A DNA stretch of 64,000 bases from Podarcis cretensis (lineage: Eukaryota): contig OX638154.1 of NCBI GenBank assembly GCA_951804945.1, positions 41,106,001 to 41,170,000 of the forward strand. The letters run 5' to 3'. Shown here in pieces: positions 26,750 through 39,099 of the stretch. The number at the start of each line of letters is the position of its first letter. Within the stretch, counting starts at the first letter, position 1. Both the position numbers and the translations under genes were made by a program. A model generated the notes under the pieces. It was not told the DNA's origin. It worked only from the letters and a program-made list of their open reading frames with translations, and did not search any database.

Positions 26750-27499
26750 AGTTTGAAAAATGGTGAAGCAACATGCAATTTACGTGTACTTACCTTTATC
26801 AATGCCCACCATTCAGTTTACAGTAATCGATGTTTCTATCAGGTAATCAATATATGTTGTTGGAAAAACATTTTTTTAATCTTAAAAACATATTTAGGAT
26901 GATATGTGTTGACAAAAATCAGCTGATAATGCCACAAAAATGTAATCGGTTTTGTCACAAGATCTGATTTTTTTCAAATCAACATAACACAAAAACCTGA
27001 CCTGATGGAGAGAAACGGATGCCATTTCCTGATTCAGCAGTGCAAAAATACCCTAAATCAGTTGTAGAAATCTAGACAACATTCAAAAAGTAAAAAATTG
27101 TTGCCCAGTGTTATCATCTTCCAAAGCAACTACTCTATTCAGAACTTAAAAATGGAAAGCATAATGCTGGTAGACAAAAAAAGAGGTTTAAAAATGCTCT
27201 CAAAGCAAATCTTTAAAAATGCAGTATAAGCACAGAAAACTGGGAAACACTGGCCTACAAGTGCACCAATTGGAGAAGAGCCTTTACCAAAGGTGTCATG
27301 GTTTTTGAAGAAGCACGAACTCAGGGCGGAAAAGAGAAATGAGCTACAAGGAAGGCACATTTGGCAAACCCTCACCATTATCATCTTGGATACAATACTA
27401 GAAATTAATATGCTTAATTTAGTCCAGCAAATAGCAATTATATATGCATTTAGAGAAACGTTTAGCAATCAGAAACTCTTTTAAGTAATTAATTAAAAT

Positions 27500-27743
27500 A
27501 ATTAATTGGTCCTGTGGAGATCCCTCCATGGGCCATTTTTGGTGTCTGTGTCTGCACAGATGCGTTTTTTGGCATCTGCACATGTGCAAACGCAATTTCC
27601 AGCGCCTCAGAAGTGGGTCCCCACTCCACGTTGCATCAGTTTAGGGCCGCACGCAAGCAGGCAGCTTAGCTGTGGCTTGTGGGCTGGTCAAACAACCTCC
27701 ACGGGCCGCTTCCGGCCCATGGGCCTTAGGTTGCTGACCCCTG
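27500..27743. mobile_element. hAT MITE, partial
   Basis: Ends GGTTGCTGACCCCTG (similar terminus to 34664); other end not resolved. Confidence 0.6.
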
Positions 27744-28242
27744 ATCTATATCTATCAACAGCAGCAACGAAAGAGCAATGCATTGAAAACTACCTCTTTT
27801 GAAAAACATGATTATGTGACCTGTGGTGCCACCTAGTGGCTGAGATTATTCAAAAAGTTTCACTCCTAGAATTGTAACATAAGCCAGACCTCCCCTCAGC
27901 CCAGTAAGTCCAGGGAGGACCAGGCTGAATCCACCACATGGTCATGAGTGCCCTTGGTCCAGTCACTCTCTCTCAAGCCAACAGTTTGGTGCTGTGCTGC
28001 TGCCTTCCTAACAGTCATTGTTGCTGCCTCTTATAGTGAGGAAGCAGGGCAGGGCAGCAGCGGAGATGGAGGTTATATACTGGCAGAGCTAATTCAGCGC
28101 TCTCACACATCCCTGACTGCACCACTGCCTGGCCCTAGCAAGTGGAAGCAGCATCACTATTGAAAGGTGCAGAACCACCTTTCTTGGTCAGCTCCTGCCA
28201 GCTCAGACGATATTAGTGATGATGATGATGATGATGATGATT

Positions 28243-29263
28243 CAGGGTGGATAAAAATCAATGGATTTTTTTAAAAAATAAAATATTGAATTGGATTTTT
28301 AAAATTTAAATCGGATTTTTAAAATAAAGTGCTTTTGGAGGAAAAATCTTTTTAAAGATAGTTTTCTATTTAAGTTACATTATAAAAGGTAAAGGTAAAG
28401 GGATCCCTGACCATTAGGTCCAGTCGTGACCGACCCTGGGGTTGCGGCACTCATCTCGCTTTATTGGCCGAGGGAGCCGGCGTACAGTTTCCGGGTCATG
28501 TTGCCAGCATCACTAAGCCGCTTCTGGCGAACCAGAGCAGCGCACGGAAATGCCGTTTACCTTCCCGCCGGAGTGGTACCTATTTATCTACTTGCAATTT
28601 GACATGCTTTCGAACTGCTAGGTTGGCAGGAGCAGGGACTGAGCAACGGGAGCTCACCCCGTCGGGCGGATTCGAACCGCCAACCTTCTGATCGGCAAGT
28701 CCTAGGCTCTGTGGTTCAACCCACAGCACCAGCCGTGTCCCTCCTAAGTTACATTATAGTCCAAAGGCTATTCATCAGGAAATAAGGATTTGTTTTAAGT
28801 TTTTCATGTGTGTTAAAACTCAGTATAAGGTTTTGGGTTTTTTAAAAATCATTTAACCACATCAGTTAACAAACATGGATACATATGCTATAATGTTATT
28901 GTTTTAGTTAAACAAATTGTTTAAATTGTTATTAAGGAAATGATTATTTTTCTCCTTCCAGTAAAGTACAGCTGAAGAGTTGTCCAAATATAAACAGTTA
29001 ACTTATTAAACCTCACAATAATTTCATAATTATCTGTCAATGTATTTCTAACAGCATAACTAAATCAGTAATTTTTGAGAGAACTGTAAAAACTACTCTG
29101 AAAATTTATTATTCCAAAAATGAAACCTTCATCTGGTTGTACATATTAAGATTATACCAGCAAGAATGAGTCTTTCTGTAAAAAAAAGATTTAAAGCAAG
29201 TCTTACTGACTAGTGATTTAAATCGTGATTTAAATCGATTTGATTTAAATCAAATCCACCCTG
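28243..29263. mobile_element. Non-autonomous hAT-like element with a nested SINE
   Basis: TIRs CAGGGTGGAT / ATCCACCCTG; subterminal GATTTAAATC repeats; AT-rich body. Confidence 0.75.
28385..28741 (-). mobile_element. Sauria SINE (full length)
   Basis: Homologous to 3432-3787; TSD TAAGTTACATTATA (28371-28384, 28745-28758). Confidence 0.92.
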
Positions 29264-29756
29264 TTACTATTATTAATAATAATTTTCACCTTTCCTCCCA
29301 AAGGAGCCCTGTGCAGAAACCAACAAAGCAAAACAACAACTTTTTAAAAACATTGAAAAAAATATATAAAACAGATAAAATATCCTTACAAGTGTGAATA
29401 ATATTTCAAGGTTGCTGAAAAGTTCTGTCTAAACATCAATAACAAGGGAGATAGAAGAGCCTCAGTGGAGACTGCATGCTATTTATATATTTGTTTATTT
29501 AACAAATTTCATCTAGTTTTGTCAAGAAAGTTTTTTTTTAATGATAATCCTTTGATAACTCCCCCATTATATTCACTGAGAAGACTTCTAACGCTTTTCA
29601 AGGCTTTCCTCCAAAGTATCCTGTAGTTACAAACTGTAGTTTGTAAAGGGTATTGAGAGTTGTTCGGTGAGCCCTATGATGCTTCTTTAAATGTATAATT
29701 CAGATGGGACCTTAATAATTAAATTTGTAAATTCACCTGAAGAACACACAGCAGTA

Positions 29757-29998
29757 CAGTGGTACCTCAGGTTACATACGCTTCAGGTTACATACGCTTC
29801 AGGTTACACACTCCGCTAACCCAGAAATAGTGCTTCAGGTTAAGAACTTTGCTTCAGGATGAGAACAGAAATCGGGCTCCGGCGGCGCGGCGGCAGCAGG
29901 AGGCCCCATTAGCTAAAGTGGTGCTTCAGGTTAAGAACAGTTTCAGGTTAAGAACAGACCTCCGGAACGAATTAAGTACTTAACCCGAGGTACCACTG
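29757..29998. mobile_element. CAGTGGTACCTC-family MITE
   Basis: TIRs and TA TSD. Confidence 0.9.
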
Positions 29999-30000
29999 TA

Positions 30001-30350
30001 CACAACATAAAAATGCATAACAAAAAGAGGAGTAGAAACAAAAACTAACCAATAACCCCATTCCTACAAACACATTTAAAAGGACATAGAATGTTTAATT
30101 AGCCCAACACCTCATTAAAGAGAAACATTTCTGCCTGGCACCTAAATATATGTAATGAAGGTGCCAAGTGAGTCTTCCTGGGGAGTGCAGTCCACAAATG
30201 GGGAGCCACTGCAGAAAAGGTCCATTCTTGTGTTGCCACCTTCTGGACCTCTTGTGGAGGAGGCAGGTGAAGAAGGGGCTGTGCGGATGATTTCAGGTCT
30301 GGGCTGGTTCATATGGGGAGGCGGTCCTTGAGGCATTTCAGTCCTGAGCC
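30001..30350 (-). mobile_element. L2-type LINE 3' fragment
   Basis: Homologous to 2744-2985 and 49645-49920. Confidence 0.65.
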
Positions 30351-31985
30351 ATTTTACACTGAACTGAAACTGCCATTATGTATTCACCGAGTCTATTTTA
30401 TAAATTCATTTTATAATCTATTCATCATCTAATCTATTTTATTTGAAAAGACCATTTTGGAGCTCCTTTTTTTCACCACTTGAAACAATCTGGGGTTGAC
30501 AGAAAACTTGGCCACCCCATTGCTCACCCCAACCCTAGAACCATTTCATATTATGCCACAGAATACTTATTTGTCATTTTACTAGGCTGCAGCAGAATAC
30601 ATTTCCCAACTTCTCCAGAAGGAGGAGCCCATTGCTTTAAACAACACCACTTTCTTTCTTTTTCAAAGGAATTGTTTCTCAGCCCAGCAACCCCTCCTCC
30701 TTACATCATTTGTGTGTAGCTAACAGTTTATTACCCTTGGGGAGCATAAACAAGGCAGTGTTAATTATACCCTGCATGTTTGCAAATACAGAGCATCAAG
30801 CTGTCTACATCTGAGGCTGTTGACGTTTGTCCAATGGAGCCCAGACTAGATGTCAAATGCTTTGCAATTGCACCCAGACTCTCAAGTTTTTTTTGCCTTT
30901 TAGTTTTTTTAATCAAACACTTCAGAGGAACAATTTTACACAGCCTGTCATAAGACAGGAAACCCCTCCCTGCTTAAAGAGGAAAGGTCCCTTTCATACA
31001 TACATTTTTTAATTAAAATCCTTGACCTAAATATCAACATTTCACATGTGATATTGTCAAAAATTACCAGCTAGCAACCAGAGTTTTCACTTCTGCATGG
31101 AATACAGTGTTAAAATGGAGAGAGTTATAGTAATAGAACAGGGATATGCCACACACTTTCAATGCATAAATGTCTCAGGTTAAATCGGAAAGACTGTGAA
31201 AAGTTGTTGCCAGTTGGAAGAGGCTAAGCAAAGCGAGATGAACGAGTGGCTATATATGAGATTTCATATGTAAATTATCCAGTATTCTCAGATTGTAGGG
31301 TTTGTTGGTTTGTTTGTTTGTTTGAAATACTGATGCATAATGAATTCCCCTACTGTTACTTTGTGAGCCCAAAACAGGAGTGCTACCAGCCAACATCTCT
31401 TTGTTTATGATTTTACAAATCTGTAAAAGGTGGATTTAATTAAATTCCAGGATTTCATTAAGCATGTATTTTGATACCCTAGCCAGAAATGCAATGGGGC
31501 AGTGCTTGCCTTAGATTCTCAAGATGCAAAATAATAAAGCCTGTACTTCAAAAGCATAAAACAGCCAGAATATTAGCTAAAATATTAGATATGTCAGCAC
31601 AGTGCTATAGCAGCATGGAGAAGAAATCCATGCAGATGAAAAGGTAATTTTTTTTAAAAAAAATGCTTGTTGCATGTCATCTCTGCTCTCTGGTTTATAC
31701 AATGAAAATATTGCTAACCCACCCCCAATTCCACGAACACACATGGACAATTTTTATTTTATTTAGCAAGAATTACATGCCACATAATTTTAAGAAATCT
31801 CTGAGAGTGTGATATAAAATAGTATAAAATATTTGCTTATTTCCTTGGTGTGAGCCATTCTTAAGGAACTGCATCATCTCTGAGACTAGGACTTGCATAC
31901 TGTCGAAAGAGATTTTCTGTTCATGCCTTGGTTTTAGCCAGAAAAGGATGTTGTTCACCTGGCAACAAATGCCGACTTATCACTG

Positions 31986-32230
31986 AGGTAGCAAACCTGT
32001 TGCTGGGCTGTACCACTTCAGACTGTATGGGGGGGCGCCTCACGGGGCTGGATGCTTCTCCATACCCCTCCATACAGAAAACTAACATGTCAAGGAAAAA
32101 GAGTTGTGGCTTAAGCTAGTTTTCAATAGGGATCTTTGACTCTTTTTTGGGGGGGGGAGTATGGAGAAGCATTAGATTATTTTTCAACTAAAGTCTGAAG
32201 TGGTAGAGTCCAGACACAGGTTTACTACCT
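31986..32230. mobile_element. Fold-back element, probable old MITE
   Basis: About 40-bp imperfect terminal inverted arms plus an inner inverted ATGCTTCTCCATAC / GTATGGAGAAGCAT. Confidence 0.65.
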
Positions 32231-32882
32231 GGATGAGAATTAGACCAAAGTTGCAGCAACAGAAATAGAAGATTACTCACCCTACATTGTTTGTGGAGCA
32301 CTTGAAAGAGACAGAGAGGGATGCACATATAAGGAAATGTTGCCTTATCTTCAGATCTCTAAGCATTTGTTTATGGCTTTGAAGGGGGAAATACACCATG
32401 CTCTACTGCACATACAAACATGCATAAGGAGGCAGTATGTAAATAGCACATAAATCACATCTGTCAATCATGGCAACCAAGTCGCTCACATCTTATAGGA
32501 AGCAGTTCATAACAGCAGTCATAGTTTATGACACAAGCAGTATCATGGTCCAATATGCCTGCCAATAGCATCATTTCATGTGTGACAGCTGACAAAGCCA
32601 AGGTAACTTTGAAATGTTCCTCTGTTACTACATTGTAAGCTGTTCCAGCTATATAGAAGGTTGCCAGATGATGCCCAAAATAGTCCACACCAACATAAAA
32701 AGCAACTCATCACATGGCAATAGCCACCACACAATTAAATGTAAAGACTTTACATTGGTTTTACTCAAGGGCTATTTTGACGAGAATAAGCCAGGTCTCC
32801 ACTCCCATTCCCCAGACAGGCCACTATAGGGATCATTCCCTCCATATAGTCCTCTTATCCTTTAGGACAGCTGGGTTCCAGA

Positions 32883-33046
32883 CAGAGGCGGATTTTGGGG
32901 AGCGCGACCGGTGTGCTGAGCCGAGAGAGCGCTGCAGGGAGCGCTGCAACAATGATGGACAATGGAAGGCGAGAGGCAGGGGGCAAGTTGAATTTTGGCG
33001 TTGCACAGGGCACTACTGAAATATTAAAGCCCAAAGTCCGCCACTG
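32883..33046. mobile_element. hAT MITE
   Basis: CAGAGGCGGATTT...AAGTCCGCCACTG; 8-bp TSD GTTCCAGA. Confidence 0.88.
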
Positions 33047-34663
33047 GTTCCAGATGAGAGTATGCTCTTGAGGGGGAAGTGGATTTAGCCAAGGGACCAC
33101 CAGGAGAAAGGGAATGGACAGCAAGCAACTGTTATAGTAAGCTTTTCCTTGGCTTAGGGAGATTCGGGCCTAGTTCAGATGTCACTTCCAAGCCTGCAAC
33201 TGTGCCATGGATTGCTCTATTTCACACTTTTAGTTATTTATGCATAACTTCCCACAAACCATCTCAAAGCAATGTCACAATAAAATCATCAATAAAAACA
33301 ACTACAGAAATCTTTATTTCTAACAATTATAACTATGTTCTTTGAAAATGGAAAAAAATCAAATTAAAAACAATTTCAAATCCAATACAGATATATATAC
33401 TGGGATAGCCACTCCTCTATTTCTGGATTTCGTCTAACCACAATTTTTGGCAGATTTTGTGAGTTGCTGTTCTATGTTGATTAGTTCCTATGAGATTTCT
33501 TTGTGTTCACGTATGCTGGTGCCTTGAGAAGTCCCCAAAGCCTCTACTACCACACTTTCCATACCATTATTTCCCATCAAAGACTCCTGAATAATACCTC
33601 CCTCAAAAATGCAGGTTCCCCAACATTGCCCATAGCATATGCCTACCTGCCCAAAGAATGACCGGAAGAAAACCCTAAAAACCATTTTAATGCTTGTGCC
33701 ACCACACTTCAGCCAGCATTTTCCCAAAAAGAAAAGAAAAAAGCTTCTTCTTTTTTTAAAATTGTTTGTGCACATGAAAATAGATTTTTCATCCCCCTCC
33801 TTGGTCCTGGCACATGAGGCTTGTACAAGTTACTGTATAAACCTTCACAATGTTAGGTTCATAAGGGAAGATGGCTGAGGGGGCAGGGAGAATGAAAAGA
33901 GGGCAATTGCATTCTCTTGTTGACCAAAGGACACTGCCACTTTTTTGGTGCTACTGTTGAAACCCCAAAGGTTTTCTTTAAAATCCCTGCCTGAAGGCAG
34001 ATAAAGAGGCTTCCCTGGAATCCAAACTGCAACCAGCAATGCCAGACCAACAAGTCTATGACAGCTTGTGGAAAGAATGCAGCACATGGCCAGCCTAGTA
34101 TGCTTGAGATAGAGCCAGCCACCAGGCGCACAATCTGCAGAGGGTCAAGAGAGGAAGGAAGGAGAGTGTCGGTTGAGGCAAAGCACTGCCATCACACATG
34201 GGGCCGGAGATGCACACTGTCAGACAGTGAGACTTCAGGATGCTTCATGGGCAAGCAAGGCAGAGAGGTCTCTGCTACAAACTCGAAAGGGAGAATGAAA
34301 GAAAGAGTTCCTCTGGATCAAAAGGTTATCAAGACAATCAGTGAATGCATGCTCAAATAGCCTCATTCAGATACAGAAGTGTGATGCTCCATTCCAGAAG
34401 TTATCCCTCCAACTAAAAGGGGGGGGGAGGCAGAGCTAGTGTGCTCATACCCATCCTCCTTCGCTGACCTGGTCCACATGTAACACTAAGCCAAACAATG
34501 GCTTACTCCAAATGTGCAGGCTCCTGGAAAGAAGATAGCAGCAGCTCCAGTTCTCTTCCTATCCTGCTGCTGTGGGCTAAAGCCAGTATTGTTTATCTTA
34601 GTCCTACAGCCACACCCAGCCTTGCAGTTTACCTTGCTCCAAGACATACCATAAGCTGTAGCT

Positions 34664-34916
34664 CAGGGGTCAGCAAACTTTTTCAGCAGGGGGCCAAGTC
34701 CACTGTCCCTCAGACCATGTGGGGGGCCGGACTATATTTTGAAGGGGGGGAAATGAATGAATTCCCATGCCCCACAAATAGCCCAGAGATGCATTTTAAA
34801 TAAAAGGACACATTCTACTCATGTAAAAACACACTGAGTCCCGGACCGTCTGCAGGCTGGATTTAGAAGGCGACTGAGCCGGATCCAGCCCCCAGGCCTT
34901 AGTTTGCCTACCCATG
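34664..34916. mobile_element. hAT MITE
   Basis: CAGGGGTCAGCAAACT...AGTTTGCCTACCCATG; 8-bp TSD CTGTAGCT. Confidence 0.88.
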
Positions 34917-35470
34917 CTGTAGCTTATTGCTTGTGGTTTGTCTGAAGGAGATGAACTGCACACCTAAGTGCAGATGTCACACTAAGTAAAATCTCACAGA
35001 AGCAGCAGGAAGCCCACCAAGATCTTCACTCTGGGAGCCTGCATATTTGCTCATTTATGCTAAACTATGGTTTAGTATTATGTGTGAATTGGGTCATTGT
35101 GTGAGAGATGGGAACATGCATATAGGACTGATGGTTAACCTTTATAAACCTGACATTATATTTGTTTTCCCATTAGTGGTGACAACAACTGTCCAGCATG
35201 AGAGCAACAGAGAAGCAGATTGTAGCTTCTCAGTGCTACCATGGACTTAATTTCTTAAGACAGAAAATCACAGGAAAGCACTATGACAGCTGCACCAAAG
35301 ACTCTTGTTCAAACCTTCTGGCCTCCTCAGCAACACTGACCTCACTCACTGGGAAAAAACAGCAGCACTACAGTCAAAGGCTTCTATAATGCTGTCATTG
35401 CACAGCATCTGTGGAGTGGGAACCTGGATGAGCAGAACCGAAAATGATTTTGTTCAAGGAAATAGATCTA

Positions 35471-35691
35471 CAGTGGTACCTCGGGTTACCTTCAGGTTAC
35501 AGACTCCGCTAACCCAGAAATAGTACCTCGGATTAAGAACTTTGCTTCAGGATGAGAACAGAAATCGTACAGCGGCGGCGCGGCGGCAGCAGAAGGCCCC
35601 ATTAGCTACAGTTGTGCTTCAGGTTAAGAACAGTTTCAGGTTAAGAATGGACCTCCAGAACGAATTAAGTTCTTAACCCGAGGTACCACTG
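35471..35691. mobile_element. CAGTGGTACCTC-family MITE
   Basis: TIRs and TA TSD. Confidence 0.9.
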
Positions 35692-36170
35692 TATGGGGAA
35701 GGGGGTTAACATGGGGGGGGGGGTTATGGGTGGTCCCATTTTATCTAACTCTGCAATTCTAGGACCTTTGTGTCATATGTTATATTAAAGAACCTTAATG
35801 AAGCACATTTGCCCTCATGCAGCCCTTGTAAATAAGATAAACATGGTGTTCCCTCAAAGTACTTCTAAACATCACACTATAAACAGAAAAGGAAACAATA
35901 AAGTCCTAAGAGGCTGGAGGAAGTCATTTCATAGTCCTGTAACAGCCTGCGAAACATGGAGATCCCCACCTGAAAAGTATGACCTTTGAAGTGGAAGCCT
36001 ATGCTGTCAGAATAGTTCCCTGGATATTAATAGTGTACAAGCCAAAGTCATAACAGTCATTTGAGGGGGTAAAGAGGGAGTGGAAGCCCTAGCCCTTATT
36101 ATAAAGGACGAAGTTTACTCAAAGGGGAAGTTCTTCAACCATATTCATAGCATTTTCCCCAAACCAAATA

Positions 36171-36222
36171 CAGTGGTACCTTGGCTTACAGACACTTAAG
36201 TTCTTAACCCAAGGTACCACTG
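36171..36222. mobile_element. 52-bp mini-derivative of the CAGTGGTACC MITE
   Basis: CAGTGGTACCTTGG...CCAAGGTACCACTG; TA flanks. Confidence 0.8.
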
Positions 36223-38671
36223 TAGTAGAGCAGCCAAACACTCCAGTCTCCCAAACCTGGTGAAACTCTTTTCAGCATGCTATCACTGGATAACTCTATT
36301 AAGCCTAGGTTCCTTGTACTGCTAAAACATGAGGAGAATACTTTATATTGTCAGGGGCTGAACAGAATAATCAGCCAGCAGCACTTCTATACAGTGACTT
36401 GGGTTGGAGGTAATTAACACTTAAACAGTATAACACTTGAACCAACTGGCTGCAACCAAACAGGATTGCCAGCTCTTCAGTGTTTTCTGAAGCTTTGTCA
36501 GGCTTAAATTCTAAAATGGGACAAGATGGGAACTGAACAAGTTCTCCCAAAGTGTCCCTTTCAGAAAGGGAACTTGCTAGGTGTCTTTTATTCAAACGCT
36601 CGCACATGTTTTCCATTGTTTTATTTCAAGGGTAAGACAGTTCCATTAAAAAAAAGGTTGCTTCTTAAGAGCAAAAAAGCTCTGTGACTTTTTCTACCAG
36701 GGTCTATTCCAGGCCTAGATCAAGGAGGGTGAGAGGGAGTACATGCCCCCGGTGGCAGGTAGGGGGATGGCAAAACAGCAACCTCCATGAGAGAGAGGGG
36801 AGAGATGTGATGGGGCCACAGCACACATTTGGGTAGAATCTACACACATATAAAAAATGCTTTGAAAATGCTTTTTTATATATTAAAAAAAAAAAAAGTT
36901 TTGGAAAGAACATAGAATTTTGCATAGCTCACTTTCGCCATCTAGTGTCACATTTGTAGATTGCACTTTACAACACATTTAAAACATGCTTGGTTTTTTT
37001 CGCAGCTGTGTAGCTGAGTCCTTGGTGCCTCCTTACATTCCAGATACCAGGAATGTAAGGAGTCACCAAGTGTGTGCTTGTAAGCCTGCAGTGCATCTTT
37101 CTTCTATTTCTCCCACACTGCGCCATTGTCAGGGGGTGGGGTGCTGACTCCTCCTTTATGTTCAGGCTGAACCTTTGTTTACCCCCTGCTGCCATGACTC
37201 TCAGCAGCAGCAGCAGCAGGGGTTGTAGTGGGGGAGGCAATGCAGACCTAAGGGTAGAATTTATAGATTGGTCACAGGTCTATTTTTCTCCATTAAAAAT
37301 ATGCAAAGCACGGCAGCAGTGAGCAGGGCAGCCCAAATTTTGGTCCTTAACTCTCAGGTGACTGGTATGGCATGTTTCATACTTCTCTTCTGAAGGGAAA
37401 GACAGAAAATAGGCATTTGCCCAATTAAATCCAGAAACAACAGATAGCTCACTTGTTGGGGGAGAAGAGATGCTGGCTTGTCTTAAAGTCTGCAGAGAAA
37501 ATACCGTTAAGGAAACACAGTGGACTTACACTGCAAACAGTTCTACTACAGTCAGATTCAGCAGAGAGATGGTTTTGACAATGCTGTCATAGGCAATTAA
37601 TAAGCAGTTAGGCTCACAGAAAAAGACTTCAGGGAACCTATTTTCAAAACGCTGCATCAGGTAGACTAACCACTGCTAATCTCTCCCTTGGGAGCTGCCA
37701 GCATTAGGGCCTTTAATTCAGTATTGCAGGCCATTAATTAAATACGCTACAGGTCACTATGTATAAAAGCCACTCTATGAAATCACTTAAGAGCTTAAAC
37801 TACAGGACAAAATGTAGTTCGGTGGTCACAAAAGAATATGAAAGTCTGAAGAAATCATTCCTACCCTCCTTTTTATTTAGATTCCTTTCCCATCTGAACT
37901 AAAGGGTTCAAGGCCCCCAACTTAATACTCTTTCTCAGACTATGCCAGCTTGATGCCTGGCAGACGTTTTGGCCAAAATTCCCATCAACCCCAGCCAACA
38001 GTTGGGCAACTTTACACAAGTTACCCAAGGGCCAGTTTCTTTTCACAGGTTTTGTCCTCTCTCCCAATCTGGCTGCAAGTCATGTAGACAAGTGGACTGG
38101 GTGGTCGAGGATATGGCCAACAGCCATTCACATTGTCACAGTGGCATGCCTGACAGCCACAGATCAAATATAGTGCTGTCAGGCAGGTGTGCAACAATCT
38201 GGCTTAAATCTGGCCTCATGAAGTTCAGGTGCCACCTCTCAAATCATCTTTTGCCAGCTACTCTAGTAAAGCCTTTATGTATTCTGGGAAGCTTTTCCCT
38301 GCTGGGCACATGATCATTTTATCTAAAGCTTGTGCTTATCCGCTGTATGTTATATTATGACATTGTGGTTTTAATTGCCTCCCTGAATGTTACATTTGCA
38401 GGTTAGAAAACACCCTATGAGTAAGAGGCTGAGGAACCTTTATCAACTCAAGGGTCACATTCTCTCCTGGCAAACTTTCCAGGGGCCACATAGCAATGGT
38501 TGACAGGGCCAGAGGTAACAATTGGGAACAGCAACATCCATGGTTCTTAACCGTTGTTCAGTAGACTATATTCCAGCAACACAATTTTAGAGGTTTCTTT
38601 CTGAACATACGTGCCCCACACAACCCTCCCTTCTTCCAAGTAAGAGTCATTGTCAGTACCTTCATACATCT

Positions 38672-39099
38672 GTTGTTGTTGTTGTTGTTTAGTCGTTTAG
38701 TTGTGTCCGACTCTTCATGACCCCATGGACCAGAGCATGCCAGGCACTCCTGTCTTCCACTGCCTCCCGCAGTTTGGTCAAACTCATGTTGGTAGCTTCG
38801 AGAACACTGTCCAACCATCTCATCCTCTGTCGTCCCCTTCTCCTTGTGCCCTCAATCGTTCCCAACATTAGTGTCTTTCCCAGGGAGTCTTCTCTTCTCA
38901 TCAGGTGGCCAAAGTATTGGAGTCTCAGCTTCAGGATCTGTCCTTCCAGTGAGCACTCAGGGCTGATTTCCTTAAGAATGGATAGGTATGATCCTCTTGC
39001 AGTCCATGGGACTCTTAAGAGTCTCCTCCAGCACCATAATTCAAAAGCATTGATTCTTTGGTGATCAACCTTCTTTATGGTCCAGCTCTCACCATCATA
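38672..39099 (-). mobile_element. BovB (RTE) LINE, 5'-truncated
   Basis: ESWTIKK...AFELWCWRRLLRVPWTAR...LKLRLQYFGHLMRR...RRRGRQRMRWLD; (CAA)n tail; TSD CATACATCT. Confidence 0.93.

Larger units (their letters stand above)
24597..27110 (+). mobile_element. Chapaev3-like (CMC superfamily) DNA transposon
   Basis: Termini CACTGGTCAAC / GTTGCCCAGTG; 3-bp TSD TTA (24594-24596, 27111-27113); encodes Chapaev-type transposase motifs. Confidence 0.85.
23270..27385 (+). mobile_element. Decayed RTE-clade LINE, interrupted by a MITE and a Chapaev element
   Basis: Remnants of LPESQ.GF...DMIFT...QEKCREQNQPL, DGKLFNLSRLKAKSKV...ELQYTD and MPD|.LPKQLLYSELK resuming after 27113; many frameshifts; outer limits approximate. 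Confidence 0.82.

Noticed and set aside
24597-27110. A true RAG transposon (ProtoRAG) or domesticated gene
   Set aside because: No RAG2-like ORF and no RSS heptamer/nonamer; the TSD is 3 bp rather than 5 bp; motifs fit Chapaev and the ORF is broken
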